Origin: an uncultured Actinomycetota bacterium
GTDB taxonomy: Bacteria; Actinomycetota; Actinomycetes; JAHEKZ01
DNA: 64,000 bases
NCBI GenBank assembly: GCA_963718235.1
Contig: CAVQYR010000001.1
Coordinates: 1,280,001 to 1,344,000 of the forward strand
Direction: 5' to 3'
The notes under the pieces are model-generated. The model did no database searches. It was given only the letters and a program-made list of their open reading frames with translations, and was not told the DNA's origin. Shown in pieces: positions 49,778 through 60,808 of this stretch (its first letter is position 1; the number at the start of each line of letters is the position of its first letter). The translations under genes were made by a program, and so were the position numbers.

Positions 49778-51862
49778 GTGGTGGCAGTGCCGGACGCACC
49801 GTCTGGACGCCCCCTGGCCTTGACGGTGAGGGGAGCGTGTCCGCACGACTGTCCGGACACCTGTGCCTGGACCGTGACGGTGGAGGACGGTCGCGCCACC
49901 CAGCTGCACGGCGACCCGGAGCATCCGTTCACCCGAGGTGGGCTGTGCGCCAAGGTCAACCGGTTCCTGGACGACCGCGTGTACCACCCCGACCGGTTGC
50001 TCCACCCCCTGCGACGCACCGGTACCAAGGGGACGGCGACGTTCACGCGGGTCTCCTGGCAGGAGGCCCTGGAGGAGATCGCCGAGCGCCTGAAGCAGCT
50101 GGTCGACCAGCACGGCGGCGAAGCCGTCCTGCCCTACAGCTACCTGGGGACCCAGGGGATGGTGCAGGGCAGTGGGGTGAGCGACGTCTTCTTCGCCCGG
50201 CTCGGCGCCACGAACCTCGTGCGCGCCGTGTGCGGAAGCGCCGGCAACGCTGGTGCGTCGGTGACCATGGGTCACGGGGTCGGCTTGCTGCCCGAGGAGC
50301 TGCGGCACGCACGGTTCATCGTGCTGTGGGGGACGAACACCGTGTCCACGAACCTGCATCTTTGGCCGTTCCTTCGCGAGGCTCGCGAGCACGGAGCGAA
50401 GCTCGTGGTGATCGACCCACTCCTGACCAGGACGGCGAAGGCAGCGGACTGGCATCTGCGTCCTATGCCCGGCACCGATGCCGCCCTGGCCCTCGGCCTG
50501 ATGCGCGTCATCGTCGACGAGGGGCTGGTCGACCAGGCGTACGTCGCCGAGCACACCGTCGGGTTCGACCGACTCGTCGAACGCCTTGCCGACTACTCCG
50601 TCGAACGGGTCGCAGTGCTCACCGGGCTGGACGCCGACGAGATCGTCCGGCTCGCCCGTGAGTACGCCGCGGGCGCGCCATCGGCGATTCGGGTGCTGGT
50701 CGGCATGGAGCACCACCAGTTCGGCGCAGAGTCCTTCCGGGCGATCGCCTGCCTGCCGGCACTCGTCGGAGCCTGGCGCCAGCGCGGCGGTGGACTGTGT
50801 CACATGACGTTCCAGCTGTTCGCCGAGCTCGACTGGTCATGTGGCCTCGAGGCTCCCGAGAACAACGCGCGCTCGGTGAACATGGTGCAGGTGGGTCGCG
50901 CGCTCACGAGGCTGGAACCGCCCGTTCGGGCGCTCGTCGTGTACAACTCCAACCCGGCAGTCATCGCACCCGAGCAGAACCTCGTGCTCGCCGGTTTGGC
51001 CAGGGACGACCTGTTCACCGTGGTCGTCGAGCACGTCATGACTGACACGGCGCGCTTCGCGGACTTCGTCCTCCCGGCCACGACGCAGGTCGAGCACCAC
51101 GACGTCCTGTGGTCGTGGGGGCACAGCTACCTCGCGTGGAACGAGCCGGCGGTCGCCCCGGTCGGGGAGGCGCTCCCCAATGCCGAGATCTTCAGGCGGC
51201 TCGGGCGAGGAATGGGCTTCACCGACCCAGCCTTCCACGGCACGGACCGCGACCTCGCCGAGGCGGCCATTGGGCCACTCGGTGCAGAACGCGGGTCACT
51301 CCTCAAGGCACAGGGCTGGCTGCAGATGGACGACCAGCGCCACACGCTTCCGTATGCGCAGGGCGGCTTCGACACCCCGTCGGGCAAGGTCGAGCTCTTC
51401 AGCGCTTCGCGGGCCGCGGCCGGCTTGGATCCCCTGCCCGCCTACCGACCCGCCCACGAAGGGGCGCACGGCGACCCGGAGCTGTCCAGGCGGTACCCCC
51501 TGCTGGCTCTGACGGCGAAGTCGGCACATCACTTCCTGAACTCCAGCTACGGACACGTCGAACGAGCCAGGCGGGCGGAACGGGAGCCGAGCGTCGACAT
51601 CCATCCGACGGATGCGGGTGCGCGCGGCATCGCCGACGGCGCCACGGTGCGCGTCCTCAACGACCGAGGCGCGCTGACCCTGCGGGCCAGGGTCGGTGCC
51701 TGGGTCCGGCCTGGCGTCGTGTCGGTGCCTTCTGGGTGGTGGGCGTCAGCCGCACCCGACGGCCGGTCGGCGAACACGCTGACCCCGGACGGGATCTCCG
51801 ACCTGGGCGAGGGCGGCGACTTCCACGACTGCCTGGTCGAGGTGGTCGCCGTCGAGGAGTAG
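49778..51862 (+). CDS. Molybdopterin (bis-MGD) oxidoreductase with N-terminal 4Fe-4S (YyaE/YoaE-like)
   Basis: CPHDCPDTC..LCAK, WGTN, PGTDAALA, YNSNP, TDTA.FAD.VLPA, HHFLNS; TACGGT 6 nt before the GTG. Confidence 0.9.
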   Translation: MVAVPDAPSGRPLALTVRGACPHDCPDTCAWTVTVEDGRATQLHGDPEHPFTRGGLCAKVNRFLDDRVYHPDRLLHPLRRTGTKGTATFTRVSWQEALEEIAERLKQLVDQHGGEAVLPYSYLGTQGMVQGSGVSDVFFARLGATNLVRAVCGSAGNAGASVTMGHGVGLLPEELRHARFIVLWGTNTVSTNLHLWPFLREAREHGAKLVVIDPLLTRTAKAADWHLRPMPGTDAALALGLMRVIVDEGLVDQAYVAEHTVGFDRLVERLADYSVERVAVLTGLDADEIVRLAREYAAGAPSAIRVLVGMEHHQFGAESFRAIACLPALVGAWRQRGGGLCHMTFQLFAELDWSCGLEAPENNARSVNMVQVGRALTRLEPPVRALVVYNSNPAVIAPEQNLVLAGLARDDLFTVVVEHVMTDTARFADFVLPATTQVEHHDVLWSWGHSYLAWNEPAVAPVGEALPNAEIFRRLGRGMGFTDPAFHGTDRDLAEAAIGPLGAERGSLLKAQGWLQMDDQRHTLPYAQGGFDTPSGKVELFSASRAAAGLDPLPAYRPAHEGAHGDPELSRRYPLLALTAKSAHHFLNSSYGHVERARRAEREPSVDIHPTDAGARGIADGATVRVLNDRGALTLRARVGAWVRPGVVSVPSGWWASAAPDGRSANTLTPDGISDLGEGGDFHDCLVEVVAVEE

Positions 51863-51887
51863 CCGTCGCCTTCAGCGGGTCGCTCGT

Positions 51888-52565
51888 TCAGGTCAGCCGC
51901 CAGTCGACTCCGGGTGACCCTTGCTCGGCGAGCAGGGCGTTGACCCGGCTGAAGGGCCGTGAACCGAAGAACCCCCGGTCGGCCGACATGGGACTCGGGT
52001 GGGCACTGGCCACGATCGGGACGCCGCGAAGTCGCGGGGTGAGCGACTGGGCGTCGCGGCCCCACAGCACCGCCACCAGCGGGCCACCTCGGGACACGAG
52101 CGCGTCGATCGCCTGGTCGGTGACCGCCTCCCAGCCCTTGCCACGGTGCGAGCCCGGCTGCCCCGGCGCGACGGTGAGCACCCGGTTGAGCAGCAGGACC
52201 CCGTGCTCGGCCCAGGGGCTCAGGTCACCGGTCGACGGCCGCGGCAGACCGAGGTCGCCCACGTACTCGGCGAAGATGTTCTGCAGGCTGCGTGGCAGGG
52301 GGCGGGTCTGCGGGCTCACCGAGAAGGACAGCCCCACCGGATGACCCGGGGTGGGGTAGGGGTCCTGCCCCACGATCAGTACCCGCACGTCGGCCAGGGG
52401 CTGGGTGAAGGCGCGCAGGACCCGGTCGCCGCTGGGCAGGTAGGTCCGCCCCTGGGCGATCTCCTGGCGCAGGAAGTCGCCCATGGCCTGGATCTGCTCG
52501 GACACCGGGGCCAGTGCGGCCGCCCAGTCCGGGTCGACGAGCTCGGCCAGCGGCACGCGGGTCAT
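51888..52565 (-). CDS. ung: Uracil-DNA glycosylase (family 1)
   Basis: GQDPY, GLSFS, GVLLLN, SHRGKGW, HPSPMS. Confidence 0.96.
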   Translation of the reverse strand: MTRVPLAELVDPDWAAALAPVSEQIQAMGDFLRQEIAQGRTYLPSGDRVLRAFTQPLADVRVLIVGQDPYPTPGHPVGLSFSVSPQTRPLPRSLQNIFAEYVGDLGLPRPSTGDLSPWAEHGVLLLNRVLTVAPGQPGSHRGKGWEAVTDQAIDALVSRGGPLVAVLWGRDAQSLTPRLRGVPIVASAHPSPMSADRGFFGSRPFSRVNALLAEQGSPGVDWRLT

Positions 52566-52575
52566 CCCCGTGGCC

Positions 52576-54009
52576 TTACGCATCGCCGTGCTGAGGCCAA
52601 CGGCTCGGATCGTCCGTGTGGACTAGGGCTGCCCGTCTGTCCGTACGGGCGACGGCAAACAGGCCCCAGCTGCCGGGCACGCCCTTCAGCTCGGCAACCC
52701 CACGCTCCTCGAAGGCGATTCCCGACCCGGCGACCAGGTCCTTGACCGTGCCCGACACGAGCACCTCGTCCGCGGCCGCCTGAGCCGCTATGCGCGCACC
52801 GATGTGCACGGCGATCCCACCAACCTTCCCGTCGAGCACCTCGCACTCGCCGGTGTGCAGCCCCACGCGCAGCTGGAGCCCGAGGTCGTGCACTCCGTCG
52901 CTGATCGCCGTCGCGCAGCGGATCGCGCGCGCCGGCCCGTCGAACGTGGCGAAGAATCCGTCACCGGCGGTGTCGACCTCGCGGCCGTTGAAGCGGGCCA
53001 GCTGGCCGCGGATAAATCGGTGGTGCTCACTCAAGAGCTCGCGCCATCGTCGGTCGCCGAGCTCGGCGAGCTGGGCGGTCGCGCCCACGATGTCGGTGAA
53101 CAGCACCGTGGCGAGCACCCGGTCCGGCTCCACGGCGTCCCACTCGCCGTCGCGCAACAGACCCTGGAGGAACGACTGGGCGGCGTCGACGATCTGGTGG
53201 GAGTCGACCCACCAGCTGTGGTCGATGCCGTCGAGCTCGACGAACTCGGCGCCGGGGATCCGCTCTGCGAGGTATCGCCCCTCGTCGGCCACCACGTCCT
53301 CGTCGCCGACCCGGTGGAGCACGAGTGTCGGTACGCGTACGGCAGGCAGGACATTACGTACGTCGATCTCGGCATTCATCCGGCTCAACTGCGACACCGT
53401 GCTGGGGCTTGCACTGATCCGACACCACCGACGCCACCAGCGACGCGTCGCCTCGTCATCGGCAACGGTCGGGGCCAGACTCTGGAGCACCCAGTCGCAC
53501 CACTCGTCGGTGAGCCGACGGCCGGAGCGTTCCATCTCGCGGAGCTCCTCGAGCATCTGATCGCGCGGAGTTGCCCATGGGTAGTCCGCTGCGGGCGTGT
53601 AGGTGGTCAGTGTCGCCAGCGCCCCGAACAGCACCAGGGCAGCGGTGCGCTCCGGGTGTGACGCGGCGAAGAGCATCGCCATGGGCCCGCCCTCAGAAAC
53701 CCCGACGATGGCGGCCCGTCGGGAGCCAACCGCGTCCATGACCGCACGCACGTCGTCCATGCGGGTCTGCAGGTCGGGGATACCGGTCACCCGGTCGGAC
53801 AGGCCGGTTCCCCGCTTGTCGAACAGGATGAGCCGGCAGAAGGACGACATCTGCTCGTAGAACTTGGCCGGAAGACCTTCCCACGCCGTCTCGAAGTTCG
53901 ACAGGATCCACCCGCTGATGAAGACGATGTCGAAGGGCCCGTCTCCCATGGTCGCGTACGCAATGCTGATGTCGCCGCTGCGGGCATATCGGATCTCCGG
54001 CCCTTCCAT
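52576..54009 (-). CDS. Alpha/beta hydrolase-class III nucleotide cyclase fusion (LipJ/Rv1900c-like)
   Basis: [22 protein letters not shown]; cyclase [28 protein letters not shown]. Confidence 0.9.
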   Translation of the reverse strand: MEGPEIRYARSGDISIAYATMGDGPFDIVFISGWILSNFETAWEGLPAKFYEQMSSFCRLILFDKRGTGLSDRVTGIPDLQTRMDDVRAVMDAVGSRRAAIVGVSEGGPMAMLFAASHPERTAALVLFGALATLTTYTPAADYPWATPRDQMLEELREMERSGRRLTDEWCDWVLQSLAPTVADDEATRRWWRRWCRISASPSTVSQLSRMNAEIDVRNVLPAVRVPTLVLHRVGDEDVVADEGRYLAERIPGAEFVELDGIDHSWWVDSHQIVDAAQSFLQGLLRDGEWDAVEPDRVLATVLFTDIVGATAQLAELGDRRWRELLSEHHRFIRGQLARFNGREVDTAGDGFFATFDGPARAIRCATAISDGVHDLGLQLRVGLHTGECEVLDGKVGGIAVHIGARIAAQAAADEVLVSGTVKDLVAGSGIAFEERGVAELKGVPGSWGLFAVARTDRRAALVHTDDPSRWPQHGDA

Positions 54010-54102
54010 GGGCCCAGTGTCTTGTGTGCCAAGGCCACGGGCAAGGGGAGCCGTCCTGAATCGCCCGACACGGGAGGGACGGGTCGCCGTACGCTGCGTG
54101 CC

Positions 54103-56079
54103 ATGACGGCGCCCACCTTCCCTCACCTGTTCAGTCCGCTCCGGGTGGGGTCGGTCAGGCTCAAGAACCGGATCGTGTCCTCCGGACACGACACCGTGAT
54201 GGCCGAGAACGGACGCGTCACCGACCGGCTCATCGCCTACCACGAGGCGCGGGCGGCCGGAGGTGTCGGGCTCATCGTCCTGCAGGTGTCCGGTGTGCAC
54301 GAGACGGCGAAGTACACCTCCCACGTCCTGATGGCCGACACCGACGACGGCATGGACGGCTACCGGCGGCTGGCCGAGACGGTGCACGCCCACGACTGCC
54401 TGGTGTTCGGACAGCTGTTCCATGGGGGCCGGGAGATCATGGAGAGCCAGGACGGCTCGCTGCCGGTGTCCTTGGCCCCCTCGTCGGTACCGAACGAGCG
54501 GTTCCACGTGATGCCGAGGTCCATGCCCCCGGCCCTGATCGGCGAGGTCGTCGACGGGTACGCCAGTGCTGCGCGCAGGCTGCGCGACGCCGGGCTCGAC
54601 GGCGCTGAGGTGGTCGCGTCGCACGGGTACCTCCCAGCCCAGTTCCTGAACCCCCGGGTGAACCTGCGAACCGACTCCTACGGCGGCACCGACGAGAACC
54701 GGCTGCGTTTCCTCCGGCAGGTCCTGGCGGCGGTGCGCGGTGAGGTCGGCACCGACTTCGTCGTCGGGCTGCGGGTGTCGGTGGGGGAGGAGTCGGACGA
54801 GGGGCTGGACGTCGACGAGGTCCTGGCCGCATTGCGGCAGCTCGACGGGGACCGGACCCTCGACTACGTCAGCGTCGTGGCGGGCACCTCGGCGACGCTG
54901 ACCGGGTCGGACCACATCGTGCCTCCCATGAGCTTTCCCGCGGCGTACACCGCCCCGCTGGCGGCCAAGGTCAAGAGCGTCGTGAGCGTCCCGGTGATGG
55001 TGGCTGGGCGGATCAACCAGCCGCAGGAGGGGGACCAGGTGATCGCCGCGGGGCAGGCCGACGCCGTGGCGATGACCCGTGCCCTGATCTGCGACCCGGA
55101 CCTGCCGGCCAAGGCGTCCGCGGGCCAGGTCGAGGAGATCCGGGCCTGCATCGGCTGCAACCAGGCCTGCATCGGGCACTTCCACAGCCGGCTACCCGAT
55201 CTCGTGCATCCAGCGACCCGAGACGGGGCGCGAGCGCTTGTACGGACTGGTGGTCCCGGCCAAGGAGCCCCGCGAGGTGATGGTCGTCGGCGGAGGGGTC
55301 GGGGGCATGAAGGCGGCGGTCGTCGCGGCCAGTCGCGGCCACCGGGTCACCCTGTACGAGGCGGCCCGACGCCTCGGCGGCCAGGTGCTGCTGGCCGAGC
55401 AGCTGCCCGGACGTGCGGAGTTCGGCGGGGCGGTCACCAACCTGCTGGGCGAGGTCGAGCGGGCCGGGGTGAAGGTCGTGACCGGGGTCGAGGTCGATGC
55501 CGACGTCGTCGTCGACGCCGCCCCGGACGTGGTGGTGGTCGCCACGGGCGCCCGGCCCCGGCGCCCGGCCCTGGAGCTGCTCGACGACCCGGTCGTCCTC
55601 GACGCCTGGCAAGTGATCTCCGGTTCACATGTGCCTGCCGGTCGGGTCGTCGTGGCCGACTGGCGCTGCGACTGGGTCGGCCTCGGCGTCGCGACGATGC
55701 TGGCCGAACGCGGGCACAAGGTCACTCTCGGCGTCGACGGCTACATGGCCGGGCCAGCGCATCCAGCAGTACGTGCGCGACGAGATGACCAAGCACGCGG
55801 TGCTGGCCGGTGTGTCGATCGTCACCCTCGTGCGCCCCTACGGCGCCGACGCGGACACGGTGTACCTGCAGCACGTGCTGACTGGAGAACCGGTGATCAT
55901 CGACGACGTGGCCGCGCTGGTGCTGGCCCAGGGGCACGAGCCGGTGACCACCGTCGCCGACGTCGCTGGGCTCGTCCGCCGCCTTCACCGGGGAGGTGCA
56001 CCAGGTCGGGGACTGTCTGGCGCCGCGCACCGTCGAGGAAGCGGTCCTCGAGGGCCTGCAGGTCGCCACCCGCCTCTGA
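54103..56079 (+). CDS. FadH/OYE-family NADH:flavin oxidoreductase (about 3 frameshifts)
   Basis: LKNRIV, ARAAGG.GLI, SHGYL..QFL, RTD.YGG..ENR, CIGCNQACIGH; frame changes near 55187, 55752 and 55950-55980; VVGGG.GG and VGDCLAPR. Confidence 0.85.
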
Positions 56080-56116
56080 CCCATCTGCTGACGGTCGGAC
56101 GCTAGGCTCACTCGCC

Positions 56117-56773
56117 GTGAGCAACGATCCGTTGGCCCTGCTGCCGGGCGAGAAGCTGGTCCTGAAGTCGCACCCGCACTGGTGGTTCTTCTGGCAGTAC
56201 GTCGTGGCGGCGCTGGTGGTGCTCGGGCTGCTCGTCCTCGGGTCCGTGGTCGGCGGCAGCGTCGGGAGCTTCCTCCTCTGGGTCGCCCTAGCGGCGTTCG
56301 TCGTCGATCTGCTCGCCACCTTGGCCCGGTTCGTGATCTGGCGCACGACCACCTTCGCGGTCAGCGACAAGCGGGTGGCCTACCAGTCGGGCCTGGTCAG
56401 CCGGCGCGGGGTCTCGATCCCGCTGAACCGAGTCAACAACGTCAACTTCAGCCAGGGCGTGATCGACCGGATGCTCAACAACGGCACGGTGACCATCGAG
56501 TCGGCGGGGCAGACCGGTGACTCGGTGTTCGAGAACATCCCCGACCCGCAGACCGTTCGGCAGATGATCTTCACCCAGATGGACGCCGACGAGCAGGCTG
56601 ACTCCCACCGCGACGCGGCGGCGATCGCCGACGCGCTCAAGCAGGCGCCGGGGGCCGGGGCGTCGCCGGCTGCGCACGACCGGCTGACCCAGCTCGAGGC
56701 GCTTCGGGCCAAGGGGCTCGTCACCGATGACGAGTACGCGGCCAAGCGCGCGGAGATCCTCGGCGACCTGTAG
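56117..56773 (+). CDS. Bacterial PH-domain membrane protein with C-terminal SHOCT
   Basis: LLPGE...HPHW, two TM helices, SIPL.RVNNV...GTV.IESAG; SHOCT L.QL..L..KG.VTD.EY..K..EIL. Confidence 0.85.
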   Translation: MSNDPLALLPGEKLVLKSHPHWWFFWQYVVAALVVLGLLVLGSVVGGSVGSFLLWVALAAFVVDLLATLARFVIWRTTTFAVSDKRVAYQSGLVSRRGVSIPLNRVNNVNFSQGVIDRMLNNGTVTIESAGQTGDSVFENIPDPQTVRQMIFTQMDADEQADSHRDAAAIADALKQAPGAGASPAAHDRLTQLEALRAKGLVTDDEYAAKRAEILGDL

Positions 56774-56803
56774 GAGGGTCGACCCAAGCGGGTAGCGGCC
56801 GGG

Positions 56804-57583
56804 TCAGCGACCCTGCCAGACGGGTGAGCGTCCCTCGGCGAAGGCCTGCGGACCTTCGAGAGCGTCGGACGACGTCAGCATCCGCTGGTACGCGGGCAGC
56901 TCGCCGCTGCGCAGGCGGGCGTAGCCGGCCTCGACGCCCAGCCCCTCGGTCTCACGCACGACCTCGAGCACCGCGGCGACTGCCAGGGGCGCCCCCTCGG
57001 CCACGGCCCTGGCGAGCTCGAGCGCCGCGGGCAGCAGTGCGGTGGCGTTCACCACCTGGTTGACCAGCCCGAGCGTGGCTGCCTCCGCCGCCCCGAGCCG
57101 GCGTCCGGTCAGCAACAGCTCCAGTGCGACGGCCCGGGGGAGGCGCGCGGGCAGGCGGAGCAGGCCACCGGAGTCGGGGACGATCCCGAGCCCGACCTCG
57201 GGCAGGGCGAACTCCGCGTGGTCTGCGGCGACGACCAGGTCGGCCGCGAGGGCGAGCTCGAACCCGCCTCCGAGGGCCAGTCCGTTCACCGCCGCGATCA
57301 CCGGTTTGCCGAGGCCGAACAGCTCGGTCAGCCCGGCGAACCCACCCGGTCCGTGGTCGGCGTCGACCGCCTCGCCGGCGGCGGCGGCCTTGAGGTCCCA
57401 ACCGGCGCAGAAGAACCGCTCGCCGGCCCCGGTGATCACGCCGACGCGCAGCGAGGGATCGTCACGCAGCCGGGCGAAGGCGTCGTAGAGGGCGCGGCTC
57501 ACCGTGACATTGACCGCATTGGCCTTCGGGTTGTCCAGCGTGACGACCAGGGTGGTGCCGTCGACGGCGACGTCGACGCTCAT
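56804..57583 (-). CDS. caiD: Enoyl-CoA hydratase, carnitinyl-CoA dehydratase/crotonobetainyl-CoA hydratase-like
   Basis: [43 protein letters not shown]...G..PDSGG, DA.EGP.AFAE. Confidence 0.85.
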   Translation of the reverse strand: MSVDVAVDGTTLVVTLDNPKANAVNVTVSRALYDAFARLRDDPSLRVGVITGAGERFFCAGWDLKAAAAGEAVDADHGPGGFAGLTELFGLGKPVIAAVNGLALGGGFELALAADLVVAADHAEFALPEVGLGIVPDSGGLLRLPARLPRAVALELLLTGRRLGAAEAATLGLVNQVVNATALLPAALELARAVAEGAPLAVAAVLEVVRETEGLGVEAGYARLRSGELPAYQRMLTSSDALEGPQAFAEGRSPVWQGR

Positions 57584-58749
57584 CGCGCCTTCGCCTCGAT
57601 CGGGCGGAGCAGGCCGCGGGAGATGATGTGGCGCTGGATCTCGCTCGTGCCGTCCCAGATCCGTTCGACCCTGGCGTCGCGCCACCATCGCTCGACCTGG
57701 TACTCGCGGACGAGTCCCATGCCGCCGAAGGTCTGCACCGCGCGGTCGGTGACGCGCCCCAACGCCTCGGTGGCGTAGAGCTTGGCCATCGCGACGTCAA
57801 TGTCGCTGAGCGTCCCGGCGTCGGAGCGGGAAGCGGCCTGGAGCGTGAGCAGCTGGGCGGCCTCGATCTCCACGGCGGAGTCGGCGAGCTGGAAGCCGAG
57901 CCCCTGGAAGCGACCGACGGGCTGGCCGAACTGCTGGCGGTTGGCGGCCCACTCCAGGGAGGTCTGCAGCACCCGCTGCGCCCGACCCACGCAGTTGGCG
58001 GCGACGGCCAGCCGGGTGGCACCCAGCCAGGTTCCCATCAGGTCGAAGCCGCGACCCTCGTCACCGAGGACGGCGGACCGGGGGACGCGGACGTTCTCGA
58101 AGTACAGCTCACAGTGGTGGTAGCCACGGTGGGAGACGCTCGGTGACCCGCGCGTGATCGTGAGACCGGGAACGTCGGTGTCGACGAGGAACGTGGTGAT
58201 CCGCTTGCGTGGCCCCCGCTCCGTCTCATCGACCCCGGTGGTGGCGAACAGGATGATGAAGTCGGAGATGTCCGCGTGGCTGATGAACTGCTTGGTGCCG
58301 TTGATGACCCAGTCGTCGCCATCGGGCACAGCGCTGGTGGACATCCCACGTACGTCTGATCCGGCGCCCGGCTCGGTCATGGCCAGACACTCGAACCGCT
58401 CACCACGCACGGCCGGGAGCAGGTAGCGCTCGACCTGCTCCCCGACGCAGCCGCGGAGGATGTTGCTCGGCCGGGCCACGAGATGGTGCAGCGCGAACGA
58501 CGTCTTGCCCAGCTCGCGCTCGACGAGGGTCAGGGACAGCGAGTCGAGGCCCCCGCCGCCGAGGTCGTCCGGCATGTTCGGCGCGTAGAGCCCGGCGTCC
58601 AGCGCCTTGCGTCGGATCGCATTCCTCAGGTCCTCGGGTACCTCGTCGAGCCGTTCGACGTCGTCCTCGTGAGGCATCAGCTCTCGTTCGACGAACGTGC
58701 GCACGGTGTCGACGATCGCGCGCTGCTCATCGGTCAGTGCGAAGTCCAT
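57580..58749 (-). CDS. Acyl-CoA dehydrogenase (gamma-butyrobetainyl-CoA dehydrogenase-like)
   Basis: [37 protein letters not shown]; in the carnitine operon. Confidence 0.88.
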   Translation of the reverse strand: MDFALTDEQRAIVDTVRTFVERELMPHEDDVERLDEVPEDLRNAIRRKALDAGLYAPNMPDDLGGGGLDSLSLTLVERELGKTSFALHHLVARPSNILRGCVGEQVERYLLPAVRGERFECLAMTEPGAGSDVRGMSTSAVPDGDDWVINGTKQFISHADISDFIILFATTGVDETERGPRKRITTFLVDTDVPGLTITRGSPSVSHRGYHHCELYFENVRVPRSAVLGDEGRGFDLMGTWLGATRLAVAANCVGRAQRVLQTSLEWAANRQQFGQPVGRFQGLGFQLADSAVEIEAAQLLTLQAASRSDAGTLSDIDVAMAKLYATEALGRVTDRAVQTFGGMGLVREYQVERWWRDARVERIWDGTSEIQRHIISRGLLRPIEAKAR

Positions 58750-58782
58750 GGTGCCTCTCCACTCGTGCGGATGGTGAACGGT

Positions 58783-59343
58783 TCATCGCCGGGGGAGCCC
58801 CATCACGTGCCCGACGTAGTCGGGGACGGGAAGCTGGGCGTGGGCGTCCCGGATCGCCTCGAGCCGGCTGAGCAGGTGCTCGGGCATGGGCGCGACCTTG
58901 CCTGCAGCCATGTCGACGTGCAGCAGCATCTGCTCGGCCGTGGCGACGAGGTCATCGGTGTCACAGCGACGGATCTCGTGCACGATGTGCACCCGTTTGG
59001 GGTCGACGCCGAGCACCTGCAGGGTGAAGCAGAGCTGGTCGCCCTCGCTGGTCTCCCGAAGGTGGTGCAGGTGGGTCTCGGCGGTGTAGAGAGAGCCACC
59101 GTTGGCCCGGTAGTCCTCGTCGATCCCGAAGTACCGGAAGAAGGCATCGGCGTTGTCTCCCACGGCCAACAGGTACGACGACTCGCTGGTGTGTCCGTTG
59201 TAGTCGACCCAGGCATGCGGAACGGCCGCCTCGTGAAGTCGAAGCGGGGCCTCGATCGGCGCCGTGTCGTCCCACCCGGCATGGGCCACGCCCTCGCGAG
59301 GAGTCGTGACGCGACGCGGCGCCTCCTGGTGGCTCTCGGTCAT
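58783..59343 (-). CDS. Hot-dog thioesterase (betainyl-CoA thioesterase CdhB-like)
   Basis: WVDYNGH, YTAETH...LRE, D.KR.H, AEQMLLHVD; GGGAGG SD. Confidence 0.85.
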   Translation of the reverse strand: MTESHQEAPRRVTTPREGVAHAGWDDTAPIEAPLRLHEAAVPHAWVDYNGHTSESSYLLAVGDNADAFFRYFGIDEDYRANGGSLYTAETHLHHLRETSEGDQLCFTLQVLGVDPKRVHIVHEIRRCDTDDLVATAEQMLLHVDMAAGKVAPMPEHLLSRLEAIRDAHAQLPVPDYVGHVMGLPRR

Positions 59344-59372
59344 GCGTGTGCCTCCCGTGGCACGATCGACCC

Positions 59373-59828
59373 ATGACTCATGCCTCGGCCTTTCGTGAGT
59401 ACCGCTGCGAGGTGCCCGAACGCTTCATCGACTACAACGGGCACATGAACGACGCGTCGTACGCGCAGGTGCTCACCGATGCCAACGAGCTGTTCCTCGA
59501 TGCTCTGGGGCTGAGTGCGGCCTACCGTGAGGCCACCGGGTGCGCCCTGTACACCGTGGAGATGAACATCCGGTTCCTGCGAGAGGTTTCGCTGGGCGAC
59601 GTGCTCACTGCGGAGACGGTGCTCTCCGCGCACGACCGCAAGCGCGTGCGACTCGGTACGACGGTGCTCGACGCCGACGGCGAACCGGTGGCCACGGGCG
59701 ACTCGTTGTACCTGCACGTCGACACCGGCGAAGGGTCGGTCACGGAGTTCCCCGCCGACCGGGCCGAGGTCTTGGACCGCACCCAGCAGGCTCATGACAC
59801 CTCGGCTGACACGTCGGCCGATCGCTGA
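59373..59828 (+). CDS. Second hot-dog thioesterase paralog, antisense to the operon
   Basis: FIDYNGHMNDA.Y, YTVEM.IRFLREV, DRKR, LYLHVD; CACGAT 6 nt before the ATG. Confidence 0.85.
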   Translation: MTHASAFREYRCEVPERFIDYNGHMNDASYAQVLTDANELFLDALGLSAAYREATGCALYTVEMNIRFLREVSLGDVLTAETVLSAHDRKRVRLGTTVLDADGEPVATGDSLYLHVDTGEGSVTEFPADRAEVLDRTQQAHDTSADTSADR

Positions 59829-60808
59829 CGCAGCGCCTGCTCGTAGTCGGCGAGCACCTCACCCGCGCCGTAGCCGGTGGTGCGCAGCCCTTGCAGGACG
59901 GCGACCACGCAGTCGTCGCGTAGCTGCTCGAGCTCGCGCACCGAGGCACCACCGGCCTGGGCGTCGCTTTGCGCCTCGATCCGGTCCAGCAGCTCGTCGG
60001 TGAGCTCGGGCACGTCGGTCAGCCGGCTCCACGGCCACTGGAGCGCGGGCCCGAACTGGGCCATGAAGTGCCTCATCCCGCCCTCACCTCCGGCGATCCG
60101 GTAGGTCAGCATCGTGCCCATGGACGCCCAGCGCAGCCCGGCTCCGAAGCGGATGGCGTCGTCGACCTGCTCGACCGTGGCGACGCCGTCGGCCACCAGG
60201 CCCAGCGCCTCACGCCACAGTGCCTCGAGCAGCCGGTCTGCGACGAACCCGTCGATCTCGTGCTGGAGGACGAGCGGGCGCATCCCCAGTGAGGTGTAGA
60301 CCTCGGTCGCGCGACGGACCGCTGCCTCGCTGGTCTGGCTGCCGGGGCACACCTCGACCAGGGGGAGCAGGTAGACGGGGTTGAACGGGTGCCCGACGAC
60401 CAGGCGCTGCGGGTGCGCCATGTCGGCCTGGAGCATGGTGGGCAGCAGCCCGGACGTCGAGGACCCGATGACGACCTCGGGGGCCGCCGCCCGGCTGGCC
60501 GCCGCGAGCAGGGCCTGCTTGATCGACGCGTTCTCCGGGGCGCTCTCCTGGATGAACTCCGCGTTCGCCGCGGCCTCCTCGGGGGTGGCCACGATCGTCA
60601 CCTGCCCCTCGGCCGGCAGCGGCGCGTCGGTGAGGCTGCCCCAGGCCCGGCGGGCGTTGGTCATGACCTCCTCGACCTTGCGGCCCGCCTGCGGGTCGGG
60701 GTCGAACAGGTCGACGTCGAAGCCGTTGAGGGCGAAGCGGGCGGCCCATCCGCCGCCGATGACGCCCCCGCCGAGCAGCCCGACGCGCCGACCCGTCGAC
60801 TCAGCCAT
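59792..60808 (-). CDS. lcdH: L-carnitine 3-dehydrogenase
   Basis: GGGVIGGGW, QESAPE, SSTSG, HPFNPVYLLPLVE, DRLLEALWRE, GLRWA.MG..LTY.IAGG..GMRHF..QFGP. Confidence 0.9.
   Translation of the reverse strand: MAESTGRRVGLLGGGVIGGGWAARFALNGFDVDLFDPDPQAGRKVEEVMTNARRAWGSLTDAPLPAEGQVTIVATPEEAAANAEFIQESAPENASIKQALLAAASRAAAPEVVIGSSTSGLLPTMLQADMAHPQRLVVGHPFNPVYLLPLVEVCPGSQTSEAAVRRATEVYTSLGMRPLVLQHEIDGFVADRLLEALWREALGLVADGVATVEQVDDAIRFGAGLRWASMGTMLTYRIAGGEGGMRHFMAQFGPALQWPWSRLTDVPELTDELLDRIEAQSDAQAGGASVRELEQLRDDCVVAVLQGLRTTGYGAGEVLADYEQALRQRSADVSAEVS

Noticed and set aside
52576-55185. 869-aa cyclase ORF with a long N-terminal extension
   Set aside because: The extension is the antisense shadow of the OYE gene; the real start is 54009
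54103-56079. Calling the OYE dgcA/stcD because of the nearby carnitine operon
   Set aside because: The N-terminal motif (SSGHDT) does not clearly match those subfamilies, and no partner subunits are present
55238-56773. Apparent 511-aa fusion of a flavoprotein domain with a PH/SHOCT protein
   Set aside because: Artefact: the frameshifted OYE middle segment happens to be in frame with the next gene, which has its own start at 56117; the linker is non-protein-like
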